From: a virus
Taxonomy: Duplodnaviria > Caudoviricetes
DNA length: 64,000 bases
IMG/VR virus record: IMGVR_UViG_3300020577_013934
Coordinates: 13,623 to 77,622 of that record
Strand: one strand, 5' to 3'
The first letter of the stretch is position 1. Every line of letters starts with the position of its first letter. The position numbers were made by a program, and so were the translations under genes. Positions 34,822 to 44,813 of the stretch are shown one piece after another. A model generated the notes under the pieces. It saw only the letters and a list, made by a program, of their open reading frames with translations. It was not told where the DNA came from and made no database searches.

Positions 34822-35523
34822 TCATCGCGCGTTGCGCAGATCGAGCGCGCGCAGCTCCAGCCCGTCGCCGTTGCCGAAGTCCATCTTCGCGGCGATCTCC
34901 TTGAGGAGGGGTGCGATCGGGCGGGTGCGCCACGCGAACTTGATCATCGCGGTCATCGTGACGGTAGTCACCCACGTCTCGACGTTGCTGCTCGCGGGTC
35001 GGTACGGCTGCGTGTCGCTGATCGTCGGCGCGGAGAGGTCGTGGATACTGAACGCCTGCCGGATGTGGTTCTTCGACCCGAAGAAGAACGCGAACACCAC
35101 GTCGGCGAGGATGGCGCTCACGCCGCGCGTCTCCGCGATGCAGAGCACCGAGATCGGGACGTTGGCCCACGCGATGAACAGCTCCGTCATCGACGGGCGG
35201 TCGATGTCGGCGCGGTTACCCACGACGACCTGCTGCGGCTGCGTGACGCCCTTCTCGACCAGCAGCGCGGGCGTGCGGTCGCGCGCGTCCGGCTCGTCGG
35301 TGTACTGGCTCTCGATGTAGATGCGCGTCTGCTCGGTCTCGGGCGGCAACGGCTGCGCGTCCGGGGTCCAGACGTACGGGTTGTCGTGGGCGTTGGCGCC
35401 GCTGAACCGCGCCTGAAGGCAGTTCGTGAACACCGCGACGAGCGCCATCGGCGACCCCGGAAAGATGTCCGGGTGCTGGTCGTCGACGCGGGCGGTGCCG
35501 AAGTAGGGTCGGACGTTGGGCAT
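34822..35523 (-). CDS. Putative tail terminator/completion protein
   Basis: Position between neck and sheath; 233 aa. Confidence 0.5.
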   Translation of the reverse strand: MPNVRPYFGTARVDDQHPDIFPGSPMALVAVFTNCLQARFSGANAHDNPYVWTPDAQPLPPETEQTRIYIESQYTDEPDARDRTPALLVEKGVTQPQQVVVGNRADIDRPSMTELFIAWANVPISVLCIAETRGVSAILADVVFAFFFGSKNHIRQAFSIHDLSAPTISDTQPYRPASSNVETWVTTVTMTAMIKFAWRTRPIAPLLKEIAAKMDFGNGDGLELRALDLRNAR

Positions 35524-35524
35524 C

Positions 35525-36349
35525 TCAGTACAGCGGCTCGATGGCGTTGGGGTTCAGGGGGTACCGATAGAGTACGTGGTCGTGCGGCAGCTCCTGGCCC
35601 GAGACCTCTTGGTGCGCCGAGTTCAGCTGGATCTGCGTCTCGACCTGCTGGTCGAGCCGGAAGCGCCGATTGTCCGAGAGCCGCACGAGGACGTCGTCGC
35701 GCTCCAGCGTCGGGTAGTCCGGCAGCCAGAACGAGCCGTCGTTGGCGTCGCTCTTCTGGTTAGGACCCACGGCCGACGTGTTCGCCGTGACGTTGCTGCG
35801 CGCGTACGTGACGAACGGCGCCCAGTAGCCGCCGACGAAGCCGGTGCCCCAGCACTCCGCGCAGTTCGGCCGCACGACCTCCTTGGTGCGCTTGTCGGCG
35901 CACTTCAGGCAGCGCACGCCCCAGCGCCGCTTCTTGAGCAACACGACGCGCGTGCCGTTGAACTTGAGCGTCAGCCGGAAGTCGCGCTGCGTCTTGCGCA
36001 GGTACTGGCTCATCTTGCGGTCCGCGAAGAACGGCCCGGTCTCCTCCTTCGTCTCCAGCGTCGCGCCCGACGGCAGGCGGCACACGACGCGGTAGTGGAC
36101 CTCCTGGAACAGGCGCAGCGAGTTCGGCTGGAGCACGTCGAGCGTCGACGCGACGCCGTTGAACTTGTCGTCGAACGAGTACTGGTCGTTGCCGGCGAAG
36201 AGCTGCTCCCACGGACCCTCGGGGCCGCCGCTGCGGTACAGCGTGAACTGGAAGACGCCGCTCTCGGTGGGCGCGACGTCGTCGATCGTCCACTGCACGA
36301 AGTAGCCGTACGGGAACAGCGCGCTGAGGCGGGTGATCTTGAGGTTCAT
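35525..36349 (-). CDS. Putative neck/head-closure protein (Fn3-like N-terminus, CxxC zinc motif)
   Basis: RCLKC...CAECWGTGFVGGY motif; position after the capsid genes. Confidence 0.6.
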   Translation of the reverse strand: MNLKITRLSALFPYGYFVQWTIDDVAPTESGVFQFTLYRSGGPEGPWEQLFAGNDQYSFDDKFNGVASTLDVLQPNSLRLFQEVHYRVVCRLPSGATLETKEETGPFFADRKMSQYLRKTQRDFRLTLKFNGTRVVLLKKRRWGVRCLKCADKRTKEVVRPNCAECWGTGFVGGYWAPFVTYARSNVTANTSAVGPNQKSDANDGSFWLPDYPTLERDDVLVRLSDNRRFRLDQQVETQIQLNSAHQEVSGQELPHDHVLYRYPLNPNAIEPLY

Positions 36350-37023
36350 GGCTGCGGCGGCTCCACCGGGGACTCCTGCGCGTCGCCCGTCGACTCGGCC
36401 ATCTGGTCGAACGCCCGCCGGAGCGCGTAGCGCTTGGTCTCCTGACTGCCCGCGAGCTCGTGCGCGCGGTTCCACGCCCGCGACTCCGGCGGACGCGGGT
36501 CGATGTGGTCGGTGTCGAACTTCCCCTCGGCCAGGGGGGTGACGTTGGTCTCGGGCGACAGGCCCGCGCCTTTCACGAGCGTGCCCACGTCCTGGCCGCT
36601 CGGCGACATCTCGCGGCCGAGCACCGTCGCCAGCACGGGGCGGCTCCGCCCCGGGACGGCCTTGAACTGCGCGTAGCCGAGCACCGCCCCGTCGCGCCCG
36701 CGCAGCGGCACGTGGTAGCTGCCCGGCGGTAGGCCCAGCGCGTCGACGGCGCGCTGGAGGGGCCGCACGTTGCTGCGGGCGAACGGCGTGCGTTCCTCCA
36801 TGCGGTCGTGCGCGTGGGCGGCACCCTTTACGGCGTACGGGGGTCCCTCGTCGCGCGGGCGGTCGTACCAGTTGAAGAAGTCGTTGGCGTCGAACGACGT
36901 GCCGACCTCCAGCGGGACCTGCTCCTTGCGCGACGCCCCGTTCGACCGGCTCGCCGGGTAGGCGGCGCCGGTGCCCTCGGCCACGGGCACGAGGTGGGTG
37001 AGGCGGCGCTCGGTCGGCGTCAT
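36346..37023 (-). CDS. Hypothetical protein
   Basis: ATGA overlap with the upstream stop; GC3-rich. Confidence 0.55.
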   Translation of the reverse strand: MTPTERRLTHLVPVAEGTGAAYPASRSNGASRKEQVPLEVGTSFDANDFFNWYDRPRDEGPPYAVKGAAHAHDRMEERTPFARSNVRPLQRAVDALGLPPGSYHVPLRGRDGAVLGYAQFKAVPGRSRPVLATVLGREMSPSGQDVGTLVKGAGLSPETNVTPLAEGKFDTDHIDPRPPESRAWNRAHELAGSQETKRYALRRAFDQMAESTGDAQESPVEPPQP

Positions 37024-37406
37024 CGCGTCACCGGCATCGTCGTGCGCTCGCCGGCCTCGAACTTGTCGGCCGTCGAGCGCTGGGCCGCCGACGCGGCGGA
37101 CTCCAGGAAGTTCTGCTTGTAGTCGCCCGGCCACGGCAGGCGCAGCGGGCCGCCCTTCGCCGCCTCGCTCTTGTACTGCGGGGCGCCGCTGGACGAGGAC
37201 GCGGGCTTCGGCGCCGAGACGGTCATGGAGACGCCGCTCGTCGCGCCGTCGGACGCGCCGCCCTCGGCCTTCTTCTCGGCCTTCTCGGGGAAGTCCTTGC
37301 CGCGCGACGCCTCGTCGTACTCACGCACCATGGCTGGCGTGATGCCGTGCTTGCGCGCGGTGGCGGTGTGGAAGAAGCGCCGCTGGCGGTCGGAGACGTA
37401 GGGCAT
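37020..37406 (-). CDS. Small basic phage protein (MPYVSDRQRRFFH type)
   Basis: N-terminal MP..S..QRR motif common in phage head regions; leaderless TATCCT -10. Confidence 0.65.
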   Translation of the reverse strand: MPYVSDRQRRFFHTATARKHGITPAMVREYDEASRGKDFPEKAEKKAEGGASDGATSGVSMTVSAPKPASSSSGAPQYKSEAAKGGPLRLPWPGDYKQNFLESAASAAQRSTADKFEAGERTTMPVTR

Positions 37407-37444
37407 ACCCGAAGGATAGCCCTACGTCCTCAGCGGCTCAGGGA

Positions 37445-38368
37445 TCAGATCGAGGAGGGCGGGGTGTCGAACACCAGCTGCTGCATCGACTCGGCGTTGC
37501 CGATGCCGATGCCGGGCGCGGCGTACGAGAAGAACGTGATGATGTCCGCGCGCTGCTCGATGAAGAGCGTCGCGTCCTGGAGCAGGAAGAAGTTCCCCAG
37601 GAAGTTCTGCGGGCTGAAGATCCAGCACTCGCGCGGGTTGTAGATGTCGGTCTTCGCGGTCGTGATGACCGGGATGCCCCAGAGGCGCTCCTCCTTGTCG
37701 ATGCCCTCCTCGTAGTGCTTCCGGGCGATCGAGTCGCCGATCAGCGTCGCGGGGAGGTTCATCGCCTCGCGGTACAGCGAGTTGGTCATCAGCATCTTGC
37801 CGATGGGGCGGCGACGGTTGTCCATCGCCTGGAAGCCCTTCACGAACGCGCCGTTCGTGAACGCGCCGACCGACGTGCGCTGGTTCGCCGCGTTGCGGTT
37901 CACGAGCGTGAGGCACGTGCGGCGGAAGTACAGGTCCTCCTGGTCGGCGAGGTCCTTCACCGAGTTGTCCGCGAGGATCTTGCGGATGTCGTTCTGGTAC
38001 GACATCAGCTTGAACTTGCTCTTCGTGAACAGGTCGCTCTGGGTCTTGCCGAAGTAGACCACGTAGCGCTTGCCCCGGAACCAGCGCGCGCGCGGCGTGC
38101 CGTCGAACTGCACGTACGTGGCCGAGGAGTCGGGCTCCTTCTCCACGATCTTGCGCGGCTCGTCCGAGTCGACATCGCGGTCGATCTCGTCGTCCTGGAG
38201 CGGCTGCGGCAAGAGGACCATGCGTACGGCCGCCTCCTGGCGGACGATGCTGCGGATGAACGCCGTGCCGGCCTCCTCCGCGAGCTTGGTGTTGCCGGAG
38301 CTGAGCATGCTCACGAACTTCTGGTTCAACGCAGTCGCGTTGGCCTGGACCGTCTCGGTGTTGTACAT
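37445..38368 (-). CDS. Major capsid protein (HK97 fold, inferred)
   Basis: 307 aa; highly biased codon usage; position after the protease/scaffold/decoration genes; FIR...RQE, IVEKEP, DLADQED pattern. Confidence 0.75.
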   Translation of the reverse strand: MYNTETVQANATALNQKFVSMLSSGNTKLAEEAGTAFIRSIVRQEAAVRMVLLPQPLQDDEIDRDVDSDEPRKIVEKEPDSSATYVQFDGTPRARWFRGKRYVVYFGKTQSDLFTKSKFKLMSYQNDIRKILADNSVKDLADQEDLYFRRTCLTLVNRNAANQRTSVGAFTNGAFVKGFQAMDNRRRPIGKMLMTNSLYREAMNLPATLIGDSIARKHYEEGIDKEERLWGIPVITTAKTDIYNPRECWIFSPQNFLGNFFLLQDATLFIEQRADIITFFSYAAPGIGIGNAESMQQLVFDTPPSSI

Positions 38369-38432
38369 CGTCGTCGTCTCCCGATCTCGTTGTAGAGGTT
38401 AGTGCCCCTCGGTTTCCTGGTTGGTCTCCCGA

Positions 38433-38951
38433 TCAGCCCCGCAGACCGAAGAACATCACGTGGAGCACGCCGTTCGCGAGACCCCGGTTGCCGACGTACG
38501 CGACCACCTGCGTGGTGAGCGCGGGGTTCGTCTTCGCCTCGAACTTGCCGGCGTTCGCCACGAGGGGCGTGCCGGGCGGGAAGCTCGCGCCGTTGAACTG
38601 ATCCGTGAGGAACTCGGCGTGGCCGGTGAGCACGACGAGCTTGCCGAGCATGGCGCCGTCGAAGTCTTCGTCGCCGCCGTGCACGAAGCCCATCGGAATC
38701 GGCAGCGCAGGCGTGCCGAGCACCGGGGACGTCGCGAGGTCCCAGTAGCCGTTCGCGTTGAGGGTCACGCAGACGCCGGGAACGATCGTGCCCGGCTGGG
38801 GCGTGCCCTGCGCGTCGGGCGTGGTGACGCCGGTGCCGGCGTCGATCGCGGTGGCCGCCTCCTGGGCGAGCACGTCCGAGATCCACAGCGCGGCACGGCC
38901 GCCCGGGTTCGGCTCAGCGGAGATCAGGTCGTAGTTCGAGTTGAGCTTCAT
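38433..38951 (-). CDS. Putative capsid decoration/cement protein
   Basis: 172 aa immediately upstream of the MCP; G.LVVLTG and PGTPLVA beta-tulip-like pattern. Confidence 0.55.
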   Translation of the reverse strand: MKLNSNYDLISAEPNPGGRAALWISDVLAQEAATAIDAGTGVTTPDAQGTPQPGTIVPGVCVTLNANGYWDLATSPVLGTPALPIPMGFVHGGDEDFDGAMLGKLVVLTGHAEFLTDQFNGASFPPGTPLVANAGKFEAKTNPALTTQVVAYVGNRGLANGVLHVMFFGLRG

Positions 38952-39010
38952 GGGATCAGTACCTCGTCGTGGATGTTAGGCGTCGCGGACGCGCGGCGCG
39001 GGTCGTCGCT

Positions 39011-39400
39011 TCAGTCGGTGTCGGGCCCGTTGAGGATGGTGTCCTCGAACGCTTCCCAGGCGAGCTTGGTGGCCTCGTCGCCGCTCTCGGGCGCGGCGCC
39101 CGCTGCCCGCGTCTCGCTCGGCGCCCCGAGGGGCGTCGGGCGCTCGGGCGCAGCGGTCTTCAGCATCTTGCCGAGGACCGTCTGCATCTCCGGGTCGTCG
39201 GCCGCCGCGAGCTTGTCGCGCACCGTGGCCGGGAGGTCTTCGCCCGTGCGCTGCCGGTACAGCTCGCGCATGAGGTCCACGCTGCTGGCCGTCTTGGTCT
39301 CGGGCGTCGCGGCGGGCGCGGCGGCCGGCGCCGGCTGCGCGTCGAGGTCGTCGGCGAGCAGGTCGAGGGCGGTGGCGATCTTGGTGAGCGCGGTGGTCAT
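39011..39400 (-). CDS. Small head/scaffold-like protein with K-x-A sites
   Basis: KIA, KTAS, KTAA, KLA; TACACT -10 upstream. Confidence 0.6.
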   Translation of the reverse strand: MTTALTKIATALDLLADDLDAQPAPAAAPAATPETKTASSVDLMRELYRQRTGEDLPATVRDKLAAADDPEMQTVLGKMLKTAAPERPTPLGAPSETRAAGAAPESGDEATKLAWEAFEDTILNGPDTD

Positions 39401-39777
39401 GGCGACGAGATCCGTTCGCGAAGGAGTGTAAGACCCCGCACCGCACGCAGCGCGAGGGCGGACTTCTCGAAGAGCCGCACGGCGCGCGAGTCCTCGGCGC
39501 TCCGTACGGCGTGCGCCAGCTTGCGCAGCGGCGCACCGGGACGGTCGTCGTCCCCCGGGACCTCCCGCGCGGGCGGCGCGGGCGGCGGCGAGCGAAACCC
39601 GGCCGTCTTTACGGCGTTCAGGCTCGCCCACGTGATCTGGGGCTCCGGCAGGTCGCGTAGCGCGCCCGCCAGGGCCCGGACCTGCCCCGACACCGTCTCG
39701 GGCAGCGCCGAGGCGGTCTTGGTCGCCGGGCGGGGCGCCCGGGGCAGCGTGCGCAGGACTTCGTCGAGGGTCGGCAT
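39397..39777 (-). CDS. Small head protein with K-x-A sites
   Basis: KTAS, KTAG, KLA, KSA. Confidence 0.6.
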   Translation of the reverse strand: MPTLDEVLRTLPRAPRPATKTASALPETVSGQVRALAGALRDLPEPQITWASLNAVKTAGFRSPPPAPPAREVPGDDDRPGAPLRKLAHAVRSAEDSRAVRLFEKSALALRAVRGLTLLRERISSP

Positions 39778-39966
39778 CTACGGCTCCACGAGGTGGCGGC
39801 GAATGGCAGGATCGAAGGCCGCGCTCTCGGAGGCGTGCTTCGCCTCTCCGAGCGCAGCCTCGGCGTCACGGAAGTACTCCGCGACCTTGGGAGCGACGGC
39901 CTCGAACGCCTCCTTGCGCAGGTCGCGGTGCGCCTCGATCAGCGCTTGGCGGCGTGCGGCGTTCAT
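39778..39966 (-). CDS. Small helical protein; its TAG is directly followed in frame by the next ATG
   Basis: ...GAG CCG TAG ATG CCG...; KEA and KHAS sites. Confidence 0.55.
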   Translation of the reverse strand: MNAARRQALIEAHRDLRKEAFEAVAPKVAEYFRDAEAALGEAKHASESAAFDPAIRRHLVEP

Positions 39967-40565
39967 CCGCCGCTCACCAGGAGCTTGCCGATCTCGTAGC
40001 CGTGCGCGTAGTGCTCGGCGGCCTTGACCTGGACGACCTGCTCCAGCTCGGCGGCCTCCTTGTCCTCGGCCTCCTTGAGCTGCGCGTCTTCGGCCTCGGC
40101 GGCCTTCTGCACGCGCGCGAGGAAGGCGCGCGGGTTCTCCTGGGCCTCCTTCACGAGCGCGACCATCTCCGGGTCGAGCAGCGACTCGCCCTGGAGCGTG
40201 CCGGCGGCGGCGGCGATCTTCTCGCCCTGCTGCGCCGCGAGGCTCTCCGCGACCTTCTCGTACATGCCCAGCTGGGACATGAACCCGTCGGCGATGGCCG
40301 CGCCGAACATGTTGCCCAGCGCGAGCGAGCCGGTCTTGTCCTGCGCCGCGAGGTCGGCCGCCAGCTTGTCGAACAGCGGGCCCGCCGCGCCGGCCGGGCT
40401 CGCCGCGCCCGCCGTCTTCTCGCCGGGCTGCGTGACCGCCGCGAGCGCGGCGGCGACGGCTCCGGCCGTCTTGGAAGCGGGCTGTCCGCCGGCCGCCGCA
40501 GCCGGGGGCTGCTGCGCGCTGGCGATCTTCGGCATCTTCTTGTTGAGCGTGTCTTCGAGGTTCAT
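39963..40565 (-). CDS. Scaffold-like helical head protein
   Basis: GAAGGAG RBS; eight K-x-A sites; Ala/Glu-rich. Confidence 0.6.
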   Translation of the reverse strand: MNLEDTLNKKMPKIASAQQPPAAAAGGQPASKTAGAVAAALAAVTQPGEKTAGAASPAGAAGPLFDKLAADLAAQDKTGSLALGNMFGAAIADGFMSQLGMYEKVAESLAAQQGEKIAAAAGTLQGESLLDPEMVALVKEAQENPRAFLARVQKAAEAEDAQLKEAEDKEAAELEQVVQVKAAEHYAHGYEIGKLLVSGG

Positions 40566-40587
40566 GGTGGCTCCTTCCGTAGGGTAG

Positions 40588-42495
40588 TCAGCGCCAAACG
40601 CAGCGGCTGATGTTCGCGACGAGACGTGCGACGTTGAGGCCCGGCGCGCCGTGCGCGTCGCCGGTCTCGACCTCCGCGCCTTCGACGAGCGCGGCGACCT
40701 TGTCGGCCAGCGGCGTCGCCGCGAGCCATCGAGCGTACGCCGCGCCGCCCGCGCTCGCGACCTTTGCGAGCAGCGCGGCGTAGTCGGCGCGGCCGACGCG
40801 CTCGACGAGGTCGGCGGCGGCCTTGTGCACGACGTCGGCCCGCGCGGGACGCGCGAACGCCGAGACCTTCACGAACTCGGTTCCGCCCGAGACGGGCACG
40901 CCCTGGTCCGTGAGGTAGCGGCCGTAGCGGTAGGGTCGGATGCGCTTGCGCAGCGCGCGCTGCGTCGCGTAGCCGGCCGCGAGGCCCGCCGGCAGCGACC
41001 AGACGCCGGCCCCGGGGCCGAGCGCGGCGCGCAGGCCGCCCGCGTAGAGCGCGCCGAGCAGCGCCGTCGAACCGAGCTGCGCCTTCACGTCTTCGTTGTG
41101 CGCCGCCATCGCCGCGCCGCGCGTCGTCTGGTACTGGCGCCCCGTGTAGGGGTCGGAGAGCGTGAACACGTCGGTCTTCGCCGGCTCGGTCGCGCGGTAG
41201 TACGCGCCCGGTCCGATCGGCAGCTGGCCGAGGTCGCTCGGCGCGTACGCTTGCTGGCGCAGGTAGTCGAGGACACCGCCGCGCTTCTCGACCCACGCCG
41301 CGAGCGGGTCCACGAGCTCGTCGTTTACGGCGTCGACGCGCAGCGCGACGAGCGCGCCGAGCTTCGCCTCGACGTCCGGGTAGCGCGCCACGACCTCGGT
41401 CAGCACCGGCTCCAACGCGACGAGGCGGTCGAGGTCCGCCTCCGTCGGCGCGACGCCCGCCGTCTTGGCGAACAGGTCGATGACTTCGCCGGTCGCGAGC
41501 ACGACGCCGCACGCCGCGAGCGACGACAGCGTGCGTGTCACGCCCGCCGTCTTCGCCGCCGCGTAGACGGCGTCGGGCAGGCGGGGCCACTCGCCGACGA
41601 GGCTGGCGGCCTGTACGCCGTAAGCGGTGCCGAGGGCCTCGGCCGTCTTCGCGGCGCCGCTGCGGATCTCGATCGCGCGCGCCTCGTACGCCCGCAGCTG
41701 CTCGCCCAGGTCGGCGCTGTAGCGCAGCGGCGCTTCGCCCGCGACCTTCTTCATCATCCACCCCGTGGGGTCCGCCGGGCGGAACACGAAGCTGATGTCG
41801 AAGAACTTCGGACTGGGGTTGAGCACCGCGACCTTGCGGCCGTCGGGCAACACGCGGCGCAGCATCCGCAGCGCGTGCTCGCAGTACTGCGCGCGCGTCG
41901 GGGCGCGGTGGCCGCAGATCGTGCAGACGTCCCACCGGACGTGGCACCCCATCGAGACCGCCGGGAAGTCGCCGTCGCCGATGCGCTGCGCGATCTCCGG
42001 GTCGCGGCCGTTGACGAACTTCAGCAGCAGCTCGACCCGGTGCATGTACGGGTTGAGCAGCGCCTTGTTGATCCAGCCGAGCGACTTCGACGGGTCCTTG
42101 TTGACGTGGTGCTTGTAGATGCCGCCGTGCTTCTCGAACGACTGGTAGTGGTGGTGCAGCGTCTCGGGCTCGGCGATCCAGCCGTCGAGCGAGCCGGTAC
42201 ACTCCGGGTGTCCGCACGACGCGAGCTCGCCGACCTTGTACGGCGCGTTCGGGAAGCCGTCGCCGTTGCGGTTGTCGTCGTAGAACTCGTACGCGCCGAG
42301 CGCGTTGACGAGGATGTACGAGACGCCGGCCTCGGGCTGCACGGTCGTCAGGAAGTCGTAGAGCGGGGAGTGCCCCTCGGCGAACGCGCGCTTCTCGATG
42401 CTCAGTCCGCCGCGTGGCCCGCGCCACGCGACCAACTGCACCGTCGGCTCCCCGGTCTTTGGGAAGCGCTCGTCCAGTTCCAGGAGCTTGTCCAT
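40588..42495 (-). CDS. Prohead maturation protease (HK97/assemblin-like) with zinc finger and long C-terminal extension
   Basis: YKHHVNKD, AVSMGC, CTICGH...YCEH, FFDISFVFRPAD resemble caudoviral prohead protease motifs; position upstream of scaffold/MCP. Confidence 0.7.
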   Translation of the reverse strand: MDKLLELDERFPKTGEPTVQLVAWRGPRGGLSIEKRAFAEGHSPLYDFLTTVQPEAGVSYILVNALGAYEFYDDNRNGDGFPNAPYKVGELASCGHPECTGSLDGWIAEPETLHHHYQSFEKHGGIYKHHVNKDPSKSLGWINKALLNPYMHRVELLLKFVNGRDPEIAQRIGDGDFPAVSMGCHVRWDVCTICGHRAPTRAQYCEHALRMLRRVLPDGRKVAVLNPSPKFFDISFVFRPADPTGWMMKKVAGEAPLRYSADLGEQLRAYEARAIEIRSGAAKTAEALGTAYGVQAASLVGEWPRLPDAVYAAAKTAGVTRTLSSLAACGVVLATGEVIDLFAKTAGVAPTEADLDRLVALEPVLTEVVARYPDVEAKLGALVALRVDAVNDELVDPLAAWVEKRGGVLDYLRQQAYAPSDLGQLPIGPGAYYRATEPAKTDVFTLSDPYTGRQYQTTRGAAMAAHNEDVKAQLGSTALLGALYAGGLRAALGPGAGVWSLPAGLAAGYATQRALRKRIRPYRYGRYLTDQGVPVSGGTEFVKVSAFARPARADVVHKAAADLVERVGRADYAALLAKVASAGGAAYARWLAATPLADKVAALVEGAEVETGDAHGAPGLNVARLVANISRCVWR

Positions 42496-42530
42496 CGCGG
42501 AGAAAGATACGACCGTCGCGCGCGACGGTG

Positions 42531-43280
42531 CTAGGGACGACGAGGCCGACCCGCGCGGGCGGCGGCGGCGGTCTGCGCCTTCATGAGCTCCATGCGGGCG
42601 GCGTGCAGCTCCGCGTCGCGCGCGAGCTCGGCGGCCGAGCGGTTGCGCACCTTCGACTGCTGCGCCAGCGCCTTGAGTCGCGCGTCGTGCAGCTCCTGCG
42701 CGCGCGTGCCTTCGAGCGCCTTGGCGGCGTCGGCGGCGCGACCCTCGCGCATCTCGGCGCGCAGCTGCCCGGCGCCGTGGCCGAGCATCGCGCCCATCGC
42801 GGCGCCCGGCAGGCCGAAGCGCAACGCGCCGCGCAGCCGGTCGTCATCGTCGGCCGCCGCGCCGAAGCCGGCGCCCGCCAGCCCGCCGCCGACCGCGCCG
42901 ACCGCTGACGGGTGGTTCTTGAGCGCCGCCAGCAGGCTCGACGCGAAGCCGGCGTTCTTCTGGAAGCGCGCGAGGTCGCGCAGCGCGGCCTCGGCGTTGA
43001 GGTCGCGAAGGAACTCGACTTCGGGCGTCGTGTACGCGCCCTCGGCCGCGAGCTTGTCGAGCGTCGCGTCGACGAGGGCGGCGCCGACGAGCGACGCGAC
43101 GAACGCCTCGCGCGTCGCGCGGTCCTCGCTCAGCTTGGTGCCGGCGTCGCTCGTGGCCCACGCGTCCAGGGCGAGGCCCGCGAGCCCGTCGAGCAGCGAG
43201 TCGCCGCGACGGAGGGCCGCCGACTTGACGGCGCCCCACAGCACCCGCGCCTCGCGCGTCTTTACGGCGTTATCCGTCAC
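42531..43280 (-). CDS. Putative head-internal protein with Gly zippers
   Basis: KSA, KLA, KNAG sites; GAVGGGLAGAGFG. Confidence 0.55.
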   Translation of the reverse strand: MTDNAVKTREARVLWGAVKSAALRRGDSLLDGLAGLALDAWATSDAGTKLSEDRATREAFVASLVGAALVDATLDKLAAEGAYTTPEVEFLRDLNAEAALRDLARFQKNAGFASSLLAALKNHPSAVGAVGGGLAGAGFGAAADDDDRLRGALRFGLPGAAMGAMLGHGAGQLRAEMREGRAADAAKALEGTRAQELHDARLKALAQQSKVRNRSAAELARDAELHAARMELMKAQTAAAARAGRPRRP

Positions 43281-43500
43281 CGTGCAGCTCCTTGTAGGCC
43301 GCGATGCCGTCGCGGACGATTCCCTGGTTGACGTGGTCGACGGCGACCTTCACCGCCAGGGCCTTGACGACCTCGGGCAGCGTCGGCGCGGCGGGCGGGT
43401 AGCCGCCGTTGCGGTGGAGCACCTCGAACGCGAGCTTCGCCCAGCCGTGGGTGCGCAGAGCCGCGCGGAGGCGCGGCGAGACGAGGGTGTTGATGTTCAT
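43270..43500 (-). CDS. Small hypothetical protein
   Basis: ATGA overlap; KLA, KVA. Confidence 0.55.
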   Translation of the reverse strand: MNINTLVSPRLRAALRTHGWAKLAFEVLHRNGGYPPAAPTLPEVVKALAVKVAVDHVNQGIVRDGIAAYKELHGDG

Positions 43501-44813
43501 GGCGTGCCGCGTCCCTTCGCGTTCTGGATGAACTTCTCGGTCTCGGTCATCAGGCGGATCGTCGCGAAGTCCGGTCCGGTGCCGTGCATCTTCGACATCG
43601 TCGCCTGCCGCAGGAACGTCCGCGTCGCGAGCGGGTTCTTGGCGATCGACGGGGCGAAGGTCTTGAGCGTGTGGAACGTGTCGGCAAGGCCCTGCGGGTT
43701 GTCGCGGTGCTCAGCCTGGAGCATCTCGTCGCCCTCCAGCGCCTGCTGGAACGCCGCGCGGTGCTTCGGCTCGTCGTAGAGCTTCTTCTTCAGCACCTTC
43801 TGCACGGCGTCGATCGGCTCGCCGACGAACTTCGTCGCGAGCTGGTTGGCCAGCGAGTTGGCCATCGCGCCCTGCATCGTCGGGTACACCGGCGCGTACG
43901 CCGCCCGCTTCTCCTCGGCGAACTCGTCGTAGCTGGCGTACACCGCCATCGTGGGCATCGGCGTCGCCATGTTTTGCTGCGCGTTGGTCATGTAGTCACG
44001 CATCCGGGCGTCCTGCTCGGCCGCAGCCGGTCCTCCACGGAGCATAGACGTGCCGAGCGCCGCGCCACCAGCGGCGAGCGCGAGGGGCGCCGCGTTGCGC
44101 GAGAGCCAGCCCTGACCGGCCGGCGGGTTTACGCCGTTTGGCACGCCGGCCGAGGTCGCGCCCGCGCTCGGAATCGCGCCGCTCGGCGGAACGTAGGGCG
44201 TCTGCGCGGCCGGGGCCTGCGTGGCGGGCGCAGACGCCGCCGGTGCCTGCGCGCGCGGCGCGGCGGCTGCCGGCGCGGCCGGTGCGGGTGCGTGGTGCGC
44301 CGGCACGGCGTGACCGTGCATCTGGAGGTACTGCGCGGGCGTCATCTTCGAGTAGTCGATGTGCCCCGCGAGCGGGTCGGCGTGCAGCCCGTGCTGCTGC
44401 GCGACCTGCGCGGCGTTGCGCAGCTCTTGCTCACCCTGCTGCACCTGCCGGAAGCGCGAGACGGCCTTGTCGGCGGCGCGCGTCGCGCCGAACTCCTGCT
44501 TCGCGCCCGACAGCGCGCCGCGCAGCTGCTGCCCCGCGCGTGCGAGCAGGCCGGGGCTCTTGTCGCCGACGCCGACGCCCATGGGCAGCGGTTTGACGGC
44601 GTTGCCGACGATGTTGAGTGGCAGCGCGTCGGCGGCGTGCAGCGTGTTCACGGCGCTCTGGAGCGCCGCGCGCGACTTCTGGTTGTGCGCGACCTGCGAC
44701 GCGCCCGCGCGCATGCCGCGCAGACCGGCGCCGAGCTGGTGGAAGATGTTGGCGTTCTTCTCCAGCGCCGCGTCGATGTGCGCCAGGACCGCTTCGGCGG
44801 TGGCGTCATCCAT
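43497..44813 (-). CDS. Putative head-internal protein
   Basis: 438 aa; KNA and KRAA sites; Pro/Ala linker; Gly zipper. Confidence 0.55.
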   Translation of the reverse strand: MDDATAEAVLAHIDAALEKNANIFHQLGAGLRGMRAGASQVAHNQKSRAALQSAVNTLHAADALPLNIVGNAVKPLPMGVGVGDKSPGLLARAGQQLRGALSGAKQEFGATRAADKAVSRFRQVQQGEQELRNAAQVAQQHGLHADPLAGHIDYSKMTPAQYLQMHGHAVPAHHAPAPAAPAAAAPRAQAPAASAPATQAPAAQTPYVPPSGAIPSAGATSAGVPNGVNPPAGQGWLSRNAAPLALAAGGAALGTSMLRGGPAAAEQDARMRDYMTNAQQNMATPMPTMAVYASYDEFAEEKRAAYAPVYPTMQGAMANSLANQLATKFVGEPIDAVQKVLKKKLYDEPKHRAAFQQALEGDEMLQAEHRDNPQGLADTFHTLKTFAPSIAKNPLATRTFLRQATMSKMHGTGPDFATIRLMTETEKFIQNAKGRGTP

